A stretch of DNA of 21,369 nt, taken from the NCBI GenBank assembly GCA_048938445.1, contig JBHLME010000079.1, forward strand, positions 1 through 21,369, read 5' to 3'. The notes under the pieces were generated by a model. The model ran no database searches. It was not told where the DNA came from and saw only the letters and a list, made by a program, of their open reading frames with translations. This DNA is from Promethearchaeota archaeon (GTDB lineage: Archaea > Asgardarchaeota > Lokiarchaeia > Sigyniarchaeales > SOKP01). Every line of letters begins with the position of its first letter. The first letter of the stretch is position 1. This document shows positions 8,896 through 18,148 of the stretch, piece by piece. Made by a program: the position numbers and the translations under genes.

Positions 8896-10179
8896 ATGGA
8901 GGATTTGATAAAAGATTCTGATTTGGATTTAAATTTAATTAGTGAGATCTCTAAAAATGAAGAATTAAAGTCAATTTTAAGTTGTTTTGAATGTGGTATG
9001 TGTACATCGAGCTGTCCTATTGGGGAACACTTTTTATTAAATCCCCATCAAATCACTCGATTAGCAGCTTTTGGTGCAAAAAAACAGGTTCTGGATGAAC
9101 AAATTCTTCGATTTTGCTTAACTTGTAGGACCTGCCAGGAATATTGTCCGCAGGACGTGAATTTCATTGAATTCATAAGATTAGCAAGAAGTCTTCTAAT
9201 AAACGAGGGAATTAAATATGATGAAACACATGATGGTATCTTAACTCTAATCTCTGAAATACAAGCAAAAAGTCATTTAGGCTTTGAAATTGCATCCGAT
9301 ATTATTCCAGATGGTTATGAAATATTAAAAAAAGGAAAAATTGCATATTTTTATGGTTGTTTACCACTATTGGATATGCTTTTTTGTAATTACAGTATAA
9401 ACCTCTTAGAAATTGCCCAAAATGGCATGAAAATTTTAAGCGAAGTTCTCGAATATCCACCAATACTTATAGATAATGTAAAATGTTGCGGTCACGATGC
9501 TCTTTGGAAGGGTCATCATGAAACTTTCAGGAAACTAGCTGAACATAACGTGAGTGAAATTAACAAGCGAGGTATAGAGACTATTGTAACAACTTGTGCC
9601 GAATGTTACCGCACATTAAAAATAGATTATCCGAAATACATTAAAAACGTTAATTTTAATGTTATTCATCTTTCTGAGCTAATTGCTGGTAAGATTACCA
9701 ACAACCAATTAACTTTTTCAGAAACTCAAGATTTAAAAGTCACATATCACGATCCTTGCAGATTAGGAAGACACATGAAAGTATACTCCCCTCCGAGAAT
9801 AATACTTAACCATATGAAAAATAATGGTGTTACATTTACCGAAATGGAAAGATCCCATGAAAATTCCCCTTGTTGCGGAGTCAGTTGTTTTATTAATTGT
9901 AACGATCTTTCCAAGGCATTACAAGCAGATAGATTATCTGAAGCTCAAGATGTAGCAAAATTATTAGTTACTACTTGTCCAAAATGTCAGATTCATTATA
10001 GTTGTATGATAAACGAAAAAAAAGAAAAACCTTCAGATGAAATAACTTTGAAAATTTCTGATTTAACAAATTTGATTGCACAAATGGGAGTAGTAAAAAT
10101 AAAACGAAAAGAGGAAAAAGAAAAGAACCTGAAGAAAAAAGAGAAGGAAAAAAAAATTGTCATGCCTATTAATGCATGA
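8896..10179 (+). CDS. hdrD: HdrD-like (HdrC + CCG domain) Fe-S oxidoreductase
   Basis: CFECGMCTSSCP and CLTCRTCQEYCP, then two CCG domains (YFYGC..CCGH..TTCAEC; YHDPC..CCGV..TTCPKC). GAGGAG upstream; Lys/Glu-rich tail. Confidence 0.85.
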   Translation: MEDLIKDSDLDLNLISEISKNEELKSILSCFECGMCTSSCPIGEHFLLNPHQITRLAAFGAKKQVLDEQILRFCLTCRTCQEYCPQDVNFIEFIRLARSLLINEGIKYDETHDGILTLISEIQAKSHLGFEIASDIIPDGYEILKKGKIAYFYGCLPLLDMLFCNYSINLLEIAQNGMKILSEVLEYPPILIDNVKCCGHDALWKGHHETFRKLAEHNVSEINKRGIETIVTTCAECYRTLKIDYPKYIKNVNFNVIHLSELIAGKITNNQLTFSETQDLKVTYHDPCRLGRHMKVYSPPRIILNHMKNNGVTFTEMERSHENSPCCGVSCFINCNDLSKALQADRLSEAQDVAKLLVTTCPKCQIHYSCMINEKKEKPSDEITLKISDLTNLIAQMGVVKIKRKEEKEKNLKKKEKEKKIVMPINA

Positions 10180-10292
10180 AGGAGGAATGATCATAAAATT
10201 AAATACTAAAAATAGAAAAGCTCTCGTTAGAAACAAGAAAATAAATATTATTCTAACGAATTGAAATTTACCAGAAATTAAAAATTTATTTT

Positions 10293-10315
10293 GTTGCTAA
10301 ACCAAGTTTAGCAAC
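10293..10315. promoter_or_regulatory. Perfect 10-bp inverted repeat with 3-nt spacer (operator or RNA hairpin)
   Basis: GTTGCTAAAC-CAA-GTTTAGCAAC, 40 nt upstream of hdrA 10356. The repeat is seen directly; its function is inferred. Confidence 0.55.
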
Positions 10316-10355
10316 TGGAAGAAAATAAATAAGAATTAATAAAGTGTAAAAAAAA

Positions 10356-12086
10356 ATGGTGCCTAAAAAGGAAAAAAAGGAGATTATTAGAGTTGGAGTA
10401 TTTGTTTGTCATTGTGGAACAAATATAGGTGGATTATTAGATTGTAAGGCTCTTGCAGAATATGCAAGAACTTTACCAAATGTTGCATATAGCGAAGACA
10501 ATTTATATACCTGTGCAGAGACAGGTTTGACGAGTATTAAAAAAGCGATTAAGGACTATGATTTAAATCGAATAGTTGTAGCTTCTTGTACACCTAGAAC
10601 CCATGAACCTTTATTTAGAGAATGCATTTCAGAAGCAGGGCTTAATCCATATCTCTTTAATTTGGTTAACATTCGAGAACAATGTTCTTGGGTTCACATA
10701 GGAGATCCTGATGAAGCTTTTGATAAAGCTTTAGATTTAATTTCGATGGGTGTAGCTAAGGCTATAAAACTAGAACCTCTAAAAATGATTACGATTGATA
10801 TTAACAACGCTGCTTTAATAATCGGTGGAGGTGTTTCTGGAATGACTGCAGCCCTTAATTTGAATAATCAAGGTTTTCAAACATATTTAGTTGAAAAGGA
10901 AGAAATTTTGGGGGGTAGATTGAATACACTATATCAATTATTTCCTCATAATATTAAAGCTTCAGATTTTGTTGAAGAAATCAAATCTAAAGTGAATAAT
11001 GCTAAAAAGATTACAGTATTTACAGAGGCTCAAGTTATGAATGTTAATGGATTCGTAGGAAATTATCAAATAGAAATTCAACAGAATGGTAGGATAATTG
11101 ATTTAACGGTTGGTGCAATAATAGTAGCTATTGGTGCGTCACTTCTTGATCCCAAAAATCTCTATAAATACGATGGTGTAAAAATAATTACACAATATGA
11201 ACTTGAATCTAAATTGAAAGAGAAAAAGATGCTTCCGAACAATATCGTGATGATACAGTGCGCAGGTTCCCGGAATGAAGATATACCTTATTGTGCAAAT
11301 GTATGTTGCATGACTGCGTTAAAAAATGCCTTGATTATTAAAGAAAAGAATCCAAGTGCCAATATAGTAATATTATTCCGAGATTTATATACACCTGGAA
11401 AATATGAAGAATATTATAGAAGAGCAAGAGAAAATGACATTCTCTTCATTAGATACAATGAAAATAGATTGCCAAAAGTTAATAAGAAAAAAATTTTAGC
11501 ATTTAACGAGTACATGGGAGACAACCTAACTGTTCCTTATGATTTATTAGTATTATCAACGCCTTTAATAGCTAATAACGACAATAAGGAACTTGCTCAG
11601 GTTTTGAAAGTTCCATTAGAAGCCAATAATTTCTTTTTAGAAGCTCACGTTAAGTTACAACCTATTGACTTTTCAACAGATGGAATTTTTATATGTGGAT
11701 CTGCAAAATGGCCTGTGGATGTTTCAGAATCTATAACACAAGGTTATGCTGCAGCCTCTAGGGCTAGTACAATAATATCAAAAGATGAAATGAAAATTTC
11801 TGGTGCAATCGCGGAAATCGACGAGGAACAATGTATTGGTTGTGGTGATTGCCGAGATCTCTGTGTATATAATGCTATCGATATTGTTGAAAATGCTATT
11901 GAATTTAAAGCAATTCGGGATGCAATAGTTCCATCTATGAGTTTTCTCAGGTATAAGTCAAAAGTAAATCCCGCAATGTGTAAAGGATGTGGTGTATGCG
12001 TGGGAGTTTGTCCAGTTGGAGCTTTATCCTTGAAAAATTTTACAAATGAACAATTAGATGTTATGCTTGAATCATACTTGCCATAA
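10356..12086 (+). CDS. hdrA: Short single-FAD HdrA-like protein lacking the inserted ferredoxin domain
   Basis: GVFVCHCG, ASCTPRTHE, REQCSWVH, IIGGGVSG, QCAGSR..YCANVCC, EAHVKLQP and C-terminal CIGCGDCRDLC/CKGCGVCVGVCP. Colinear with the second half of the long HdrAs. Confidence 0.9.
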   Translation: MVPKKEKKEIIRVGVFVCHCGTNIGGLLDCKALAEYARTLPNVAYSEDNLYTCAETGLTSIKKAIKDYDLNRIVVASCTPRTHEPLFRECISEAGLNPYLFNLVNIREQCSWVHIGDPDEAFDKALDLISMGVAKAIKLEPLKMITIDINNAALIIGGGVSGMTAALNLNNQGFQTYLVEKEEILGGRLNTLYQLFPHNIKASDFVEEIKSKVNNAKKITVFTEAQVMNVNGFVGNYQIEIQQNGRIIDLTVGAIIVAIGASLLDPKNLYKYDGVKIITQYELESKLKEKKMLPNNIVMIQCAGSRNEDIPYCANVCCMTALKNALIIKEKNPSANIVILFRDLYTPGKYEEYYRRARENDILFIRYNENRLPKVNKKKILAFNEYMGDNLTVPYDLLVLSTPLIANNDNKELAQVLKVPLEANNFFLEAHVKLQPIDFSTDGIFICGSAKWPVDVSESITQGYAAASRASTIISKDEMKISGAIAEIDEEQCIGCGDCRDLCVYNAIDIVENAIEFKAIRDAIVPSMSFLRYKSKVNPAMCKGCGVCVGVCPVGALSLKNFTNEQLDVMLESYLP

Positions 12087-12523
12087 TGAGGTGTATTAAG
12101 ATAGAACAAGTTCAAGAGGTTTATAAACCCAAAATTATTACCTTTTTGTGCAACTGGTGTGGTTATGCTGGTGCAGATTTTGCAGGAGTAAGCCGTTATC
12201 AATATCCTCCATCCATAAGAGTAATAAGAGTATTATGCTCCGGAAGAATTCAACCTGCTTTAATACTTAATGCTTTTAATCGTGGAAGTGATGGTGTCTT
12301 GATATGTGGATGTCATATAGGGGATTGTCATTATATTTCAGGTAATGAAAAAGCAGAAGAGCGAGTTAAAAAAACCAAGAAATTGCTAGAACTCTTAAGA
12401 ATTGATCCAAAAAGGCTTAGATTGGAATGGATTTCTGCATCAGAGGGAATAAAATTTGCTGAAGTTGTAAGAAAGTTTACTAATCAGCTCATACAAATGG
12501 GACCGCTTGAGAATGAAATCTAG
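12086..12523 (+). CDS. mvhD: MvhD [2Fe-2S] subunit
   Basis: FLCNWCGYAGAD, RVLCSGRI, GCHIGDCHY, WISASEG. TAATG overlap with the upstream hdrA. Confidence 0.93.
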   Translation: MRCIKIEQVQEVYKPKIITFLCNWCGYAGADFAGVSRYQYPPSIRVIRVLCSGRIQPALILNAFNRGSDGVLICGCHIGDCHYISGNEKAEERVKKTKKLLELLRIDPKRLRLEWISASEGIKFAEVVRKFTNQLIQMGPLENEI

Positions 12524-12537
12524 GATGTGATAATCTT

Positions 12538-15500
12538 ATGATACAAAGTTCAACTTATGAAAATCAAGTTTTAGTAATTGGTGGAGGTGTGGCTGGAATA
12601 TCTGCCGCTTTAGATCTTGCAGATCAAGGTCATATTGTTTACTTAGTAGAAAAATCCCCTTCAATTGGTGGTAAAATGGCTCAATTAGACAAAACGTTTC
12701 CAACATTAGATTGTTCAATATGTATCTTAGCTCCAAAAATGGTAGAATGCGCACGCCACCCTCGAATAAAGCTTTTAACATATTCAGAAGTTAAAAGTGT
12801 TAATCCAATTTATGATGGATCTGCTTTTAAAGTAAAAATACTACTTAAGCCGCGATATATAGATCAGACAAAATGTACCTCCTGTGGAACTTGCGCACAA
12901 AAATGTCCTTATAAAAAATTTCCTTCTGAATATGAACAAGGGTTGAGCAAAAGAGGTGCAGCTTACATACCTTTTCTTCAAGCCGTTCCAGCTGTTTATC
13001 TTGTTGATGAGGAAAACTGTACTTATTTTAAAAATGGTACTTGTAAGGTTTGTGAAAAATTTTGTCCGACTCATGCAGTAGATTTCGAGCAAAAACCACG
13101 AGAGATTGAAATTGAGGTAGCCTCCGTTATAGTTGCTACTGGTTTTGACCTCATGGATGTTAGCTCATTAAAAAGATATGGATATGGAAAATATCCCAAT
13201 GTAGTCGTTTCATTGGAGTATGAACGCATAATGTGCGCATCAGGACCAAGTAAGGGAGAAATAATTCGCCCTTTTGATAATAAACATCCTCATAAAATAG
13301 GATTGATTCTATGTGTAGGATCACGAAATATTGGTTTAAAACCTTATTGTTCTAAATTTTGTTGCATGTATGCTACAAAGGAGGCAATAATGACTATGGA
13401 ACACCATCCAGATGCGGAAATTTTGGTATTTTATAATGACCTGCGGACAATAGGGAAGAATCATGAGGAGTTTATTGAAAGAGCCAAATTAGATTATAAT
13501 GTTAAGTATGTTAAAGGATTACCCAATAAAATATATGAGCATCCAGAAACTAAGGATTTAATAATAAGACATACGGATTTTGAGACAGGAAAAGTTAGAT
13601 TTGACACTGTTGATATGGTGGTTTTATTTCCCGCAGTTATACCTAGCAAAGGAGCAAAGGAATTAAACAAGATACTAAGTGTAGAAATGGATGAATATGG
13701 TTTCATAAAACCATATAATTTAGTAAATAATATTGAAACAAGTGTTCCTGGGATTTATTCATGTGGTTGTGCCCATGGACCAGAAGATATATCTACTTCT
13801 GTTGCTGAGGCAAGCGGAGCAGCAAGTAGAGCGTCAAGCAGAACTTCATTGCTTACGGTAGAATCTATTGAAGAAAAGATTGTTGAAAAAGAGGTGTTAT
13901 TAGGAGATCCCCCTCGAATTGGGGTATTTATTTGTCATTGTGGTTCAAATATTGCGGGTTTTGTAGATGTAGAAAAAATAGCTAATGAAATTGAATCCGT
14001 TCCAAATGTGGTTTATGTAGAAAGGAACTTGTATACTTGTTCTGAAGAATCTCAAAATAGTATTCAAGCCGCAATTGAAAAATATGATTTGAATAGAGTA
14101 ATAATTGCAGCATGTACTCCAAGAACACACCTCCCCCTCTTTCAAGCAACCTGTCATAAAGTAGGTCTAAATACTTACCTCGTTTTATTCGCAAGCATTA
14201 GAGAATTGGTTAGTTGGGTTCACATGACTGAACCTGAAAAAGCAACTCAAAAAGCAAAAGAACAAATCCTTATGACTATTGCAAAATCCCGGCTTGTAGA
14301 GCCATTACAAGATATAGAAGTTAAAGTATTACCCGCTTCATTGGTTATTGGAGGAGGGATCGCAGGAATGACCGCTTCATTAGCTATAGCAAAAAAAGGA
14401 TTTAAAGTATATCTAGTTGAGCAGGAAAGTATTTTGGGTGGATTCACTAGATACTTGCACCAGATTAATCCAGATGGCCTAACACCTGATCAAGTGTTAA
14501 GTCCAATCATTCAAGCAATAAAAACTACCACTAATATTGAAGTTCTTACATCTTCAAGAGTTAAGGCAGTGAGTGGTTCAATAGGGGATTTTCTAGTTAT
14601 TGTAGAAAATAATGGAATAGAGCAAGAAATTGAAGTGGGCACCATTATCGTTGCCGTGGGAGGCCAAGAATTTAAACCACATGGATATTTCCATTATAAG
14701 AAGGAAAAGAATGTCTACACTAATTTGGAATTCGAAAATTTAATTGCAAATGATCAATTACATGAAGAAGAAAAAATAATATTCATTCAATGTGTTGGAT
14801 CTCGGGAAATCGATGGTAGAACTTATTGTTCACTGACTTGCTGCGCTGAATCAATTAAAAATGCATTAATTACTAAAAAGCGCCATCCAAATTCTCAAAT
14901 TTTCATTTTATACCGAGATATTAGAGTTACTTATGAACAAGAAATTGAATATAAAAAGGCTAGAGAATGCGGGATTAATTTCATTCAATATAACATGAAG
15001 TATCCTCCGCTCTTAGGAAAAAATAATGGTAGGTTTATATTACGAGTCTTTGATGTTTTAACGAGAATGACATTCGAATTATCTTTAAGTAAGGTTGTCC
15101 TCGCAACACCCCTAATAGCTTGGGAACAAAATAAGAAGTTATCAGAAATGCTAAAAGTACCCTTGGATAAAAATGGCTTCTTTTTTGAAGCCCATCCTAA
15201 ATTAAGACCAGTTGATTTCGCGACTGATGGAATATTTGTATGTGGAACTGCTCAAAGTCCAAAAAATATTAATGAATCTATAAGCCAAGCTTTGGGGGCA
15301 GCATCTCGAGCATTAATTCCCTTAATGAATAGTAAAGCATCAGTTGAAGGTGCTACATCAAGTCTTCCTGAATTCAATAAAGAATTATGCACAGGATGTG
15401 AAGTCTGTATCGCTGTATGTCCTTATAAGGCGATTAACAAGAATGAAATGGATGAAATTGAAATAAATCAAGTACTTTGTAAAGGTTGTGGAGTATGTGG

Positions 15501-15588
15501 AGCTACTTGTACTAATCAAGCTCTTGTAATAAAACATTTTACAGATCAGCAAATTCTTTCTCAAATTGATTCATGTATTCTAAGATAG
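12538..15588 (+). CDS. hdrA: Large HdrA-like flavoprotein with two FAD-binding HdrA modules
   Basis: VIGGGVAG, LDKTFPTLDCSICI, EYERIMCASGP, YCSKFCC, FICHCG, CTPRTH, second VIGGGIAG, YCSLTCC, EAHPKLRPVDF and two C-terminal CxxCxxCxxxC motifs. Confidence 0.93.
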   Translation: MIQSSTYENQVLVIGGGVAGISAALDLADQGHIVYLVEKSPSIGGKMAQLDKTFPTLDCSICILAPKMVECARHPRIKLLTYSEVKSVNPIYDGSAFKVKILLKPRYIDQTKCTSCGTCAQKCPYKKFPSEYEQGLSKRGAAYIPFLQAVPAVYLVDEENCTYFKNGTCKVCEKFCPTHAVDFEQKPREIEIEVASVIVATGFDLMDVSSLKRYGYGKYPNVVVSLEYERIMCASGPSKGEIIRPFDNKHPHKIGLILCVGSRNIGLKPYCSKFCCMYATKEAIMTMEHHPDAEILVFYNDLRTIGKNHEEFIERAKLDYNVKYVKGLPNKIYEHPETKDLIIRHTDFETGKVRFDTVDMVVLFPAVIPSKGAKELNKILSVEMDEYGFIKPYNLVNNIETSVPGIYSCGCAHGPEDISTSVAEASGAASRASSRTSLLTVESIEEKIVEKEVLLGDPPRIGVFICHCGSNIAGFVDVEKIANEIESVPNVVYVERNLYTCSEESQNSIQAAIEKYDLNRVIIAACTPRTHLPLFQATCHKVGLNTYLVLFASIRELVSWVHMTEPEKATQKAKEQILMTIAKSRLVEPLQDIEVKVLPASLVIGGGIAGMTASLAIAKKGFKVYLVEQESILGGFTRYLHQINPDGLTPDQVLSPIIQAIKTTTNIEVLTSSRVKAVSGSIGDFLVIVENNGIEQEIEVGTIIVAVGGQEFKPHGYFHYKKEKNVYTNLEFENLIANDQLHEEEKIIFIQCVGSREIDGRTYCSLTCCAESIKNALITKKRHPNSQIFILYRDIRVTYEQEIEYKKARECGINFIQYNMKYPPLLGKNNGRFILRVFDVLTRMTFELSLSKVVLATPLIAWEQNKKLSEMLKVPLDKNGFFFEAHPKLRPVDFATDGIFVCGTAQSPKNINESISQALGAASRALIPLMNSKASVEGATSSLPEFNKELCTGCEVCIAVCPYKAINKNEMDEIEINQVLCKGCGVCGATCTNQALVIKHFTDQQILSQIDSCILR

Positions 15589-15619
15589 ATATAATTAGCA
15601 TTGATGAAATAATCTAAGA

Positions 15620-15658
15620 GGCAAAGAGAGAGTAAAAATGAAATAAAATAAGAAAAGC
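15620..15658 (-). terminator. Candidate T-rich terminator of the LRR-TIR operon in the convergent spacer
   Basis: Minus strand reads GCTTTTCTTATTTTATTTCATTTTTACTCTCTCTTTG right after the stop codon. Confidence 0.4.
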
Positions 15659-15661
15659 AGA

Positions 15662-18148
15662 TCAATATTTTTGACTTTCTCGAGTCATCAACCAAGATGA
15701 AAATAATTGACTTATTTGAAGTAAAAATGCTCTATCATCGAGGTTACCACTTTTTAATCCTTCTAATAGGTCTGCAATTGTATTAGTATTGTTCGAATGA
15801 AAGATTTTTAAATTATTAGATTCAATTATGCCTTCTAATATAGTTAAAAAGTCCTTCCATTCAAAAATTTGGCTTTTTTTAATTTCAAGAGGTTTTTGGG
15901 CAAATTCTAATTTTTTAACTTTAAATAATTGATTCTTGATGTGAAATTCTTTCACGTAAACATATATTTTCTCACAGAAGCTATCAAAATTGTCTACATC
16001 ATAATCAATCCCTGGAGTACTTGAAAGGCCAATCGAAGCAAGATCTTGCCAAGTCACGTCATTTCCCCTTAATGGCAAGATAGGAACGTTATATTTGCGA
16101 GATAGTTCAAGCTCATGAGAACAATCTATGGAGTTAAATACAGATTTTTGGGTGCCTAAGAAAAATACATAATCACTAATGGGAACGTTCTTATCCATAA
16201 ATTTATCAATATTCCCAGATAGATCTTGTTCGCACAATAATACATCATATATTTCTGGTTTAGATTCAAGATAATCGCCTAAATCTGCCAATAGGTAACT
16301 TTCATAATCAATAACGGCGTGCGAGATAAAAATTGACATACATGAACGTTGTTTAAAGTAATCTCGAAGAGTATCTAAATCACGTTGAATCAGAGTTTTT
16401 TCATCATCACCAAGTGGATTATCATCCAATTTGAGTTCGGTAAGTGTCTTGAGAGGCCACAGGACATATGGAAGAGAGGTGAATTTGTTTTTTGTTAGAG
16501 TCAACTGTTTTAATTTCATATGACCCATACTTTTAGGAAGATTCAATAAATGATTTTCATCTAAGTTAAGATATTCTAATTTTTCGAGCTTGGCAATAGA
16601 AGAGGGTATGCTTGTAAGGTTATTGGATCGAAGATTTAATATATTAAGAGATTGCAAATTACCTATTTCTTCTGGTAGGGCTTGTAAGGTATTTTTATTT
16701 AAGTTTAATTGCTCTAATTTTGCTAGATTACCAAATTGGGAAGGTAATAAAGATAAGTTGTTCTCTTCCAGATTTAATCTTTTCAATCCTTTTAAACCAC
16801 CAATTTCTTGCGGTAGAGAGTTAATATTATTTTTTTGTAAATTAAGTTCTTCCAAGGTTTCTAATTTACTGATGCTTTTCGGGAGAGTTTTGAGATTTGT
16901 TTTCGTTATTGTCAAGATTCTCATGGTGGTTAACTCACCGAAAGATAGAGGAAGCGATTCTAAAGGGGCATTCTCAATGTGAAAATTAGTAGCTTTTTTA
17001 ATGCCCATTAATGTGTCTGGGAAGGCTTCGAGCTTACTATCTCGAATGCTTAAATGAGACAACGATTCTAAATTTCCAAAAGATTGGGGTAAAGAAGTAA
17101 AATTATTTCTATCTAAACTAAGGTTGAATAATTTCTTTAAATTTCCAAGCGATTCAGGTAAAAAATTCAATTGATTTTCCCCTAAATCTAAAACGTTCAA
17201 TTCTGTTAAATTACCTATAGATTGAGGAATCTCTTTTAGGGAGTTGCGATTAAGGCGTAAATCTTTTAAAGAAGATAGATTTCCAATAGCATTTGGTAAA
17301 GATTCGAGCTGATTTTGGGCTAAATCTAATTTCTTTAACTTAATGAAACTATAAATAGATTCTGGAACTGCTATTAATCCAATGTTTTTTGCGTTCATAA
17401 TCTCTATCTCCGTGAGATCTCCAATTGAAACGGGTAATTTTAGTATTGAATTTTCTGACAAGTCAAGTTCAACGATTCCTTTTAGGTTCCCAAATGATGT
17501 TGGAAGATTTTTTATTCGATTTTTATTGAGCAAGAGTTTTTTTAGCTTGGATAAATTAGTGAGATCTTCATGGAAATCAGAAATTCTATTATTACTGACA
17601 TCTAATTCAATTAAATCTGCACATTCGGCAAGTACTGGAGATAAATTTTCGATTTTATTATCTTGTAGATGTAAAATCTTAAGCTTTTTAAGATTTAATA
17701 TCCAATTGGGAATTGTTCTTAAGTCATTATTATCAAGGATTAGCTTTTCAAGGTTGATAAAATTCGAAAAATACATTGGAAGTTCTTTTAAGAGATTTAC
17801 TCGCAGGGTGAGTTCTTTTAAAGCCGTACAGTTGGCAAGACTATCAGGTAAATCAACAATCTGATTCTGGGAAACATTTAGAGTTTCTAAATTGGTTAAT
17901 TCACCGATGGAATGAGGTAATGTTTTAAAATCATTTCCATATAAAAAGAGAGCCTTGATTTTTTTACATTTTCCAATAGATTCAGGTAATTCCGTTAAAT
18001 GAGCTCTCGTCACTTCAATACGAGATACGTTATTATTTTCAACTATAAAGCAACGCGAATTCCAACTCGATCCCATGAGTTGTTCTAATTCCTCGAGAAA
18101 TTGCACTTCTTCTAAGGGAAGCAAGTGACCCATGTATTCCTTACTCAT
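15662..18148 (-). CDS. LRR-TIR protein: ~23-24 LRRs, TIR domain with intact catalytic-Glu motif, C-terminal helical domain
   Basis: 23-aa LxxLxLxxNxLxxLPxxIGxLxx repeats. TIR motifs SIFISHA, SDYVFFLGT, SIDCSHEL and PILPL. Start set to ATG 18148, 6 nt after AAGGAGGTG (track 18166). No transmembrane segment or signal peptide seen. Confidence 0.88.
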   Translation of the reverse strand: MSKEYMGHLLPLEEVQFLEELEQLMGSSWNSRCFIVENNNVSRIEVTRAHLTELPESIGKCKKIKALFLYGNDFKTLPHSIGELTNLETLNVSQNQIVDLPDSLANCTALKELTLRVNLLKELPMYFSNFINLEKLILDNNDLRTIPNWILNLKKLKILHLQDNKIENLSPVLAECADLIELDVSNNRISDFHEDLTNLSKLKKLLLNKNRIKNLPTSFGNLKGIVELDLSENSILKLPVSIGDLTEIEIMNAKNIGLIAVPESIYSFIKLKKLDLAQNQLESLPNAIGNLSSLKDLRLNRNSLKEIPQSIGNLTELNVLDLGENQLNFLPESLGNLKKLFNLSLDRNNFTSLPQSFGNLESLSHLSIRDSKLEAFPDTLMGIKKATNFHIENAPLESLPLSFGELTTMRILTITKTNLKTLPKSISKLETLEELNLQKNNINSLPQEIGGLKGLKRLNLEENNLSLLPSQFGNLAKLEQLNLNKNTLQALPEEIGNLQSLNILNLRSNNLTSIPSSIAKLEKLEYLNLDENHLLNLPKSMGHMKLKQLTLTKNKFTSLPYVLWPLKTLTELKLDDNPLGDDEKTLIQRDLDTLRDYFKQRSCMSIFISHAVIDYESYLLADLGDYLESKPEIYDVLLCEQDLSGNIDKFMDKNVPISDYVFFLGTQKSVFNSIDCSHELELSRKYNVPILPLRGNDVTWQDLASIGLSSTPGIDYDVDNFDSFCEKIYVYVKEFHIKNQLFKVKKLEFAQKPLEIKKSQIFEWKDFLTILEGIIESNNLKIFHSNNTNTIADLLEGLKSGNLDDRAFLLQISQLFSSWLMTRESQKY

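Noticed and set aside
10093-10160. A-rich Lys/Glu tail of the HdrD-like gene as a possible frameshift site
   Set aside because: All CCG motifs are complete before it, and no alternative frame visibly joins it to the next gene (TAA at 10347-10349 in the hdrA frame).
10180-10300. AGGAGG followed by a 25-codon basic ORF (10187-10264) whose TGA readthrough would end in FCC near the inverted repeat
   Set aside because: SD-to-ATG spacing is only 1 nt, the peptide has AT-driven composition and no recognisable motif, and nothing supports recoding.
193-14447. Short antisense or alternate-frame ORFs in the track overlapping hdr/mvh/flx genes (e.g. 6185-6439, 11744-12202, 12536-12781)
   Set aside because: They lie within well-supported genes and have no motifs of their own; these are shadow ORFs.
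130-15588. Selenocysteine recoding in HdrA/MvhD, which are known selenoprotein families in Lokiarchaeota and Methanococcales
   Set aside because: All copies are open full-length frames with Cys codons at the relevant motifs (CNWC, GDCHY, DCxxCI). No in-frame TGA needs readthrough, so no SECIS is called.
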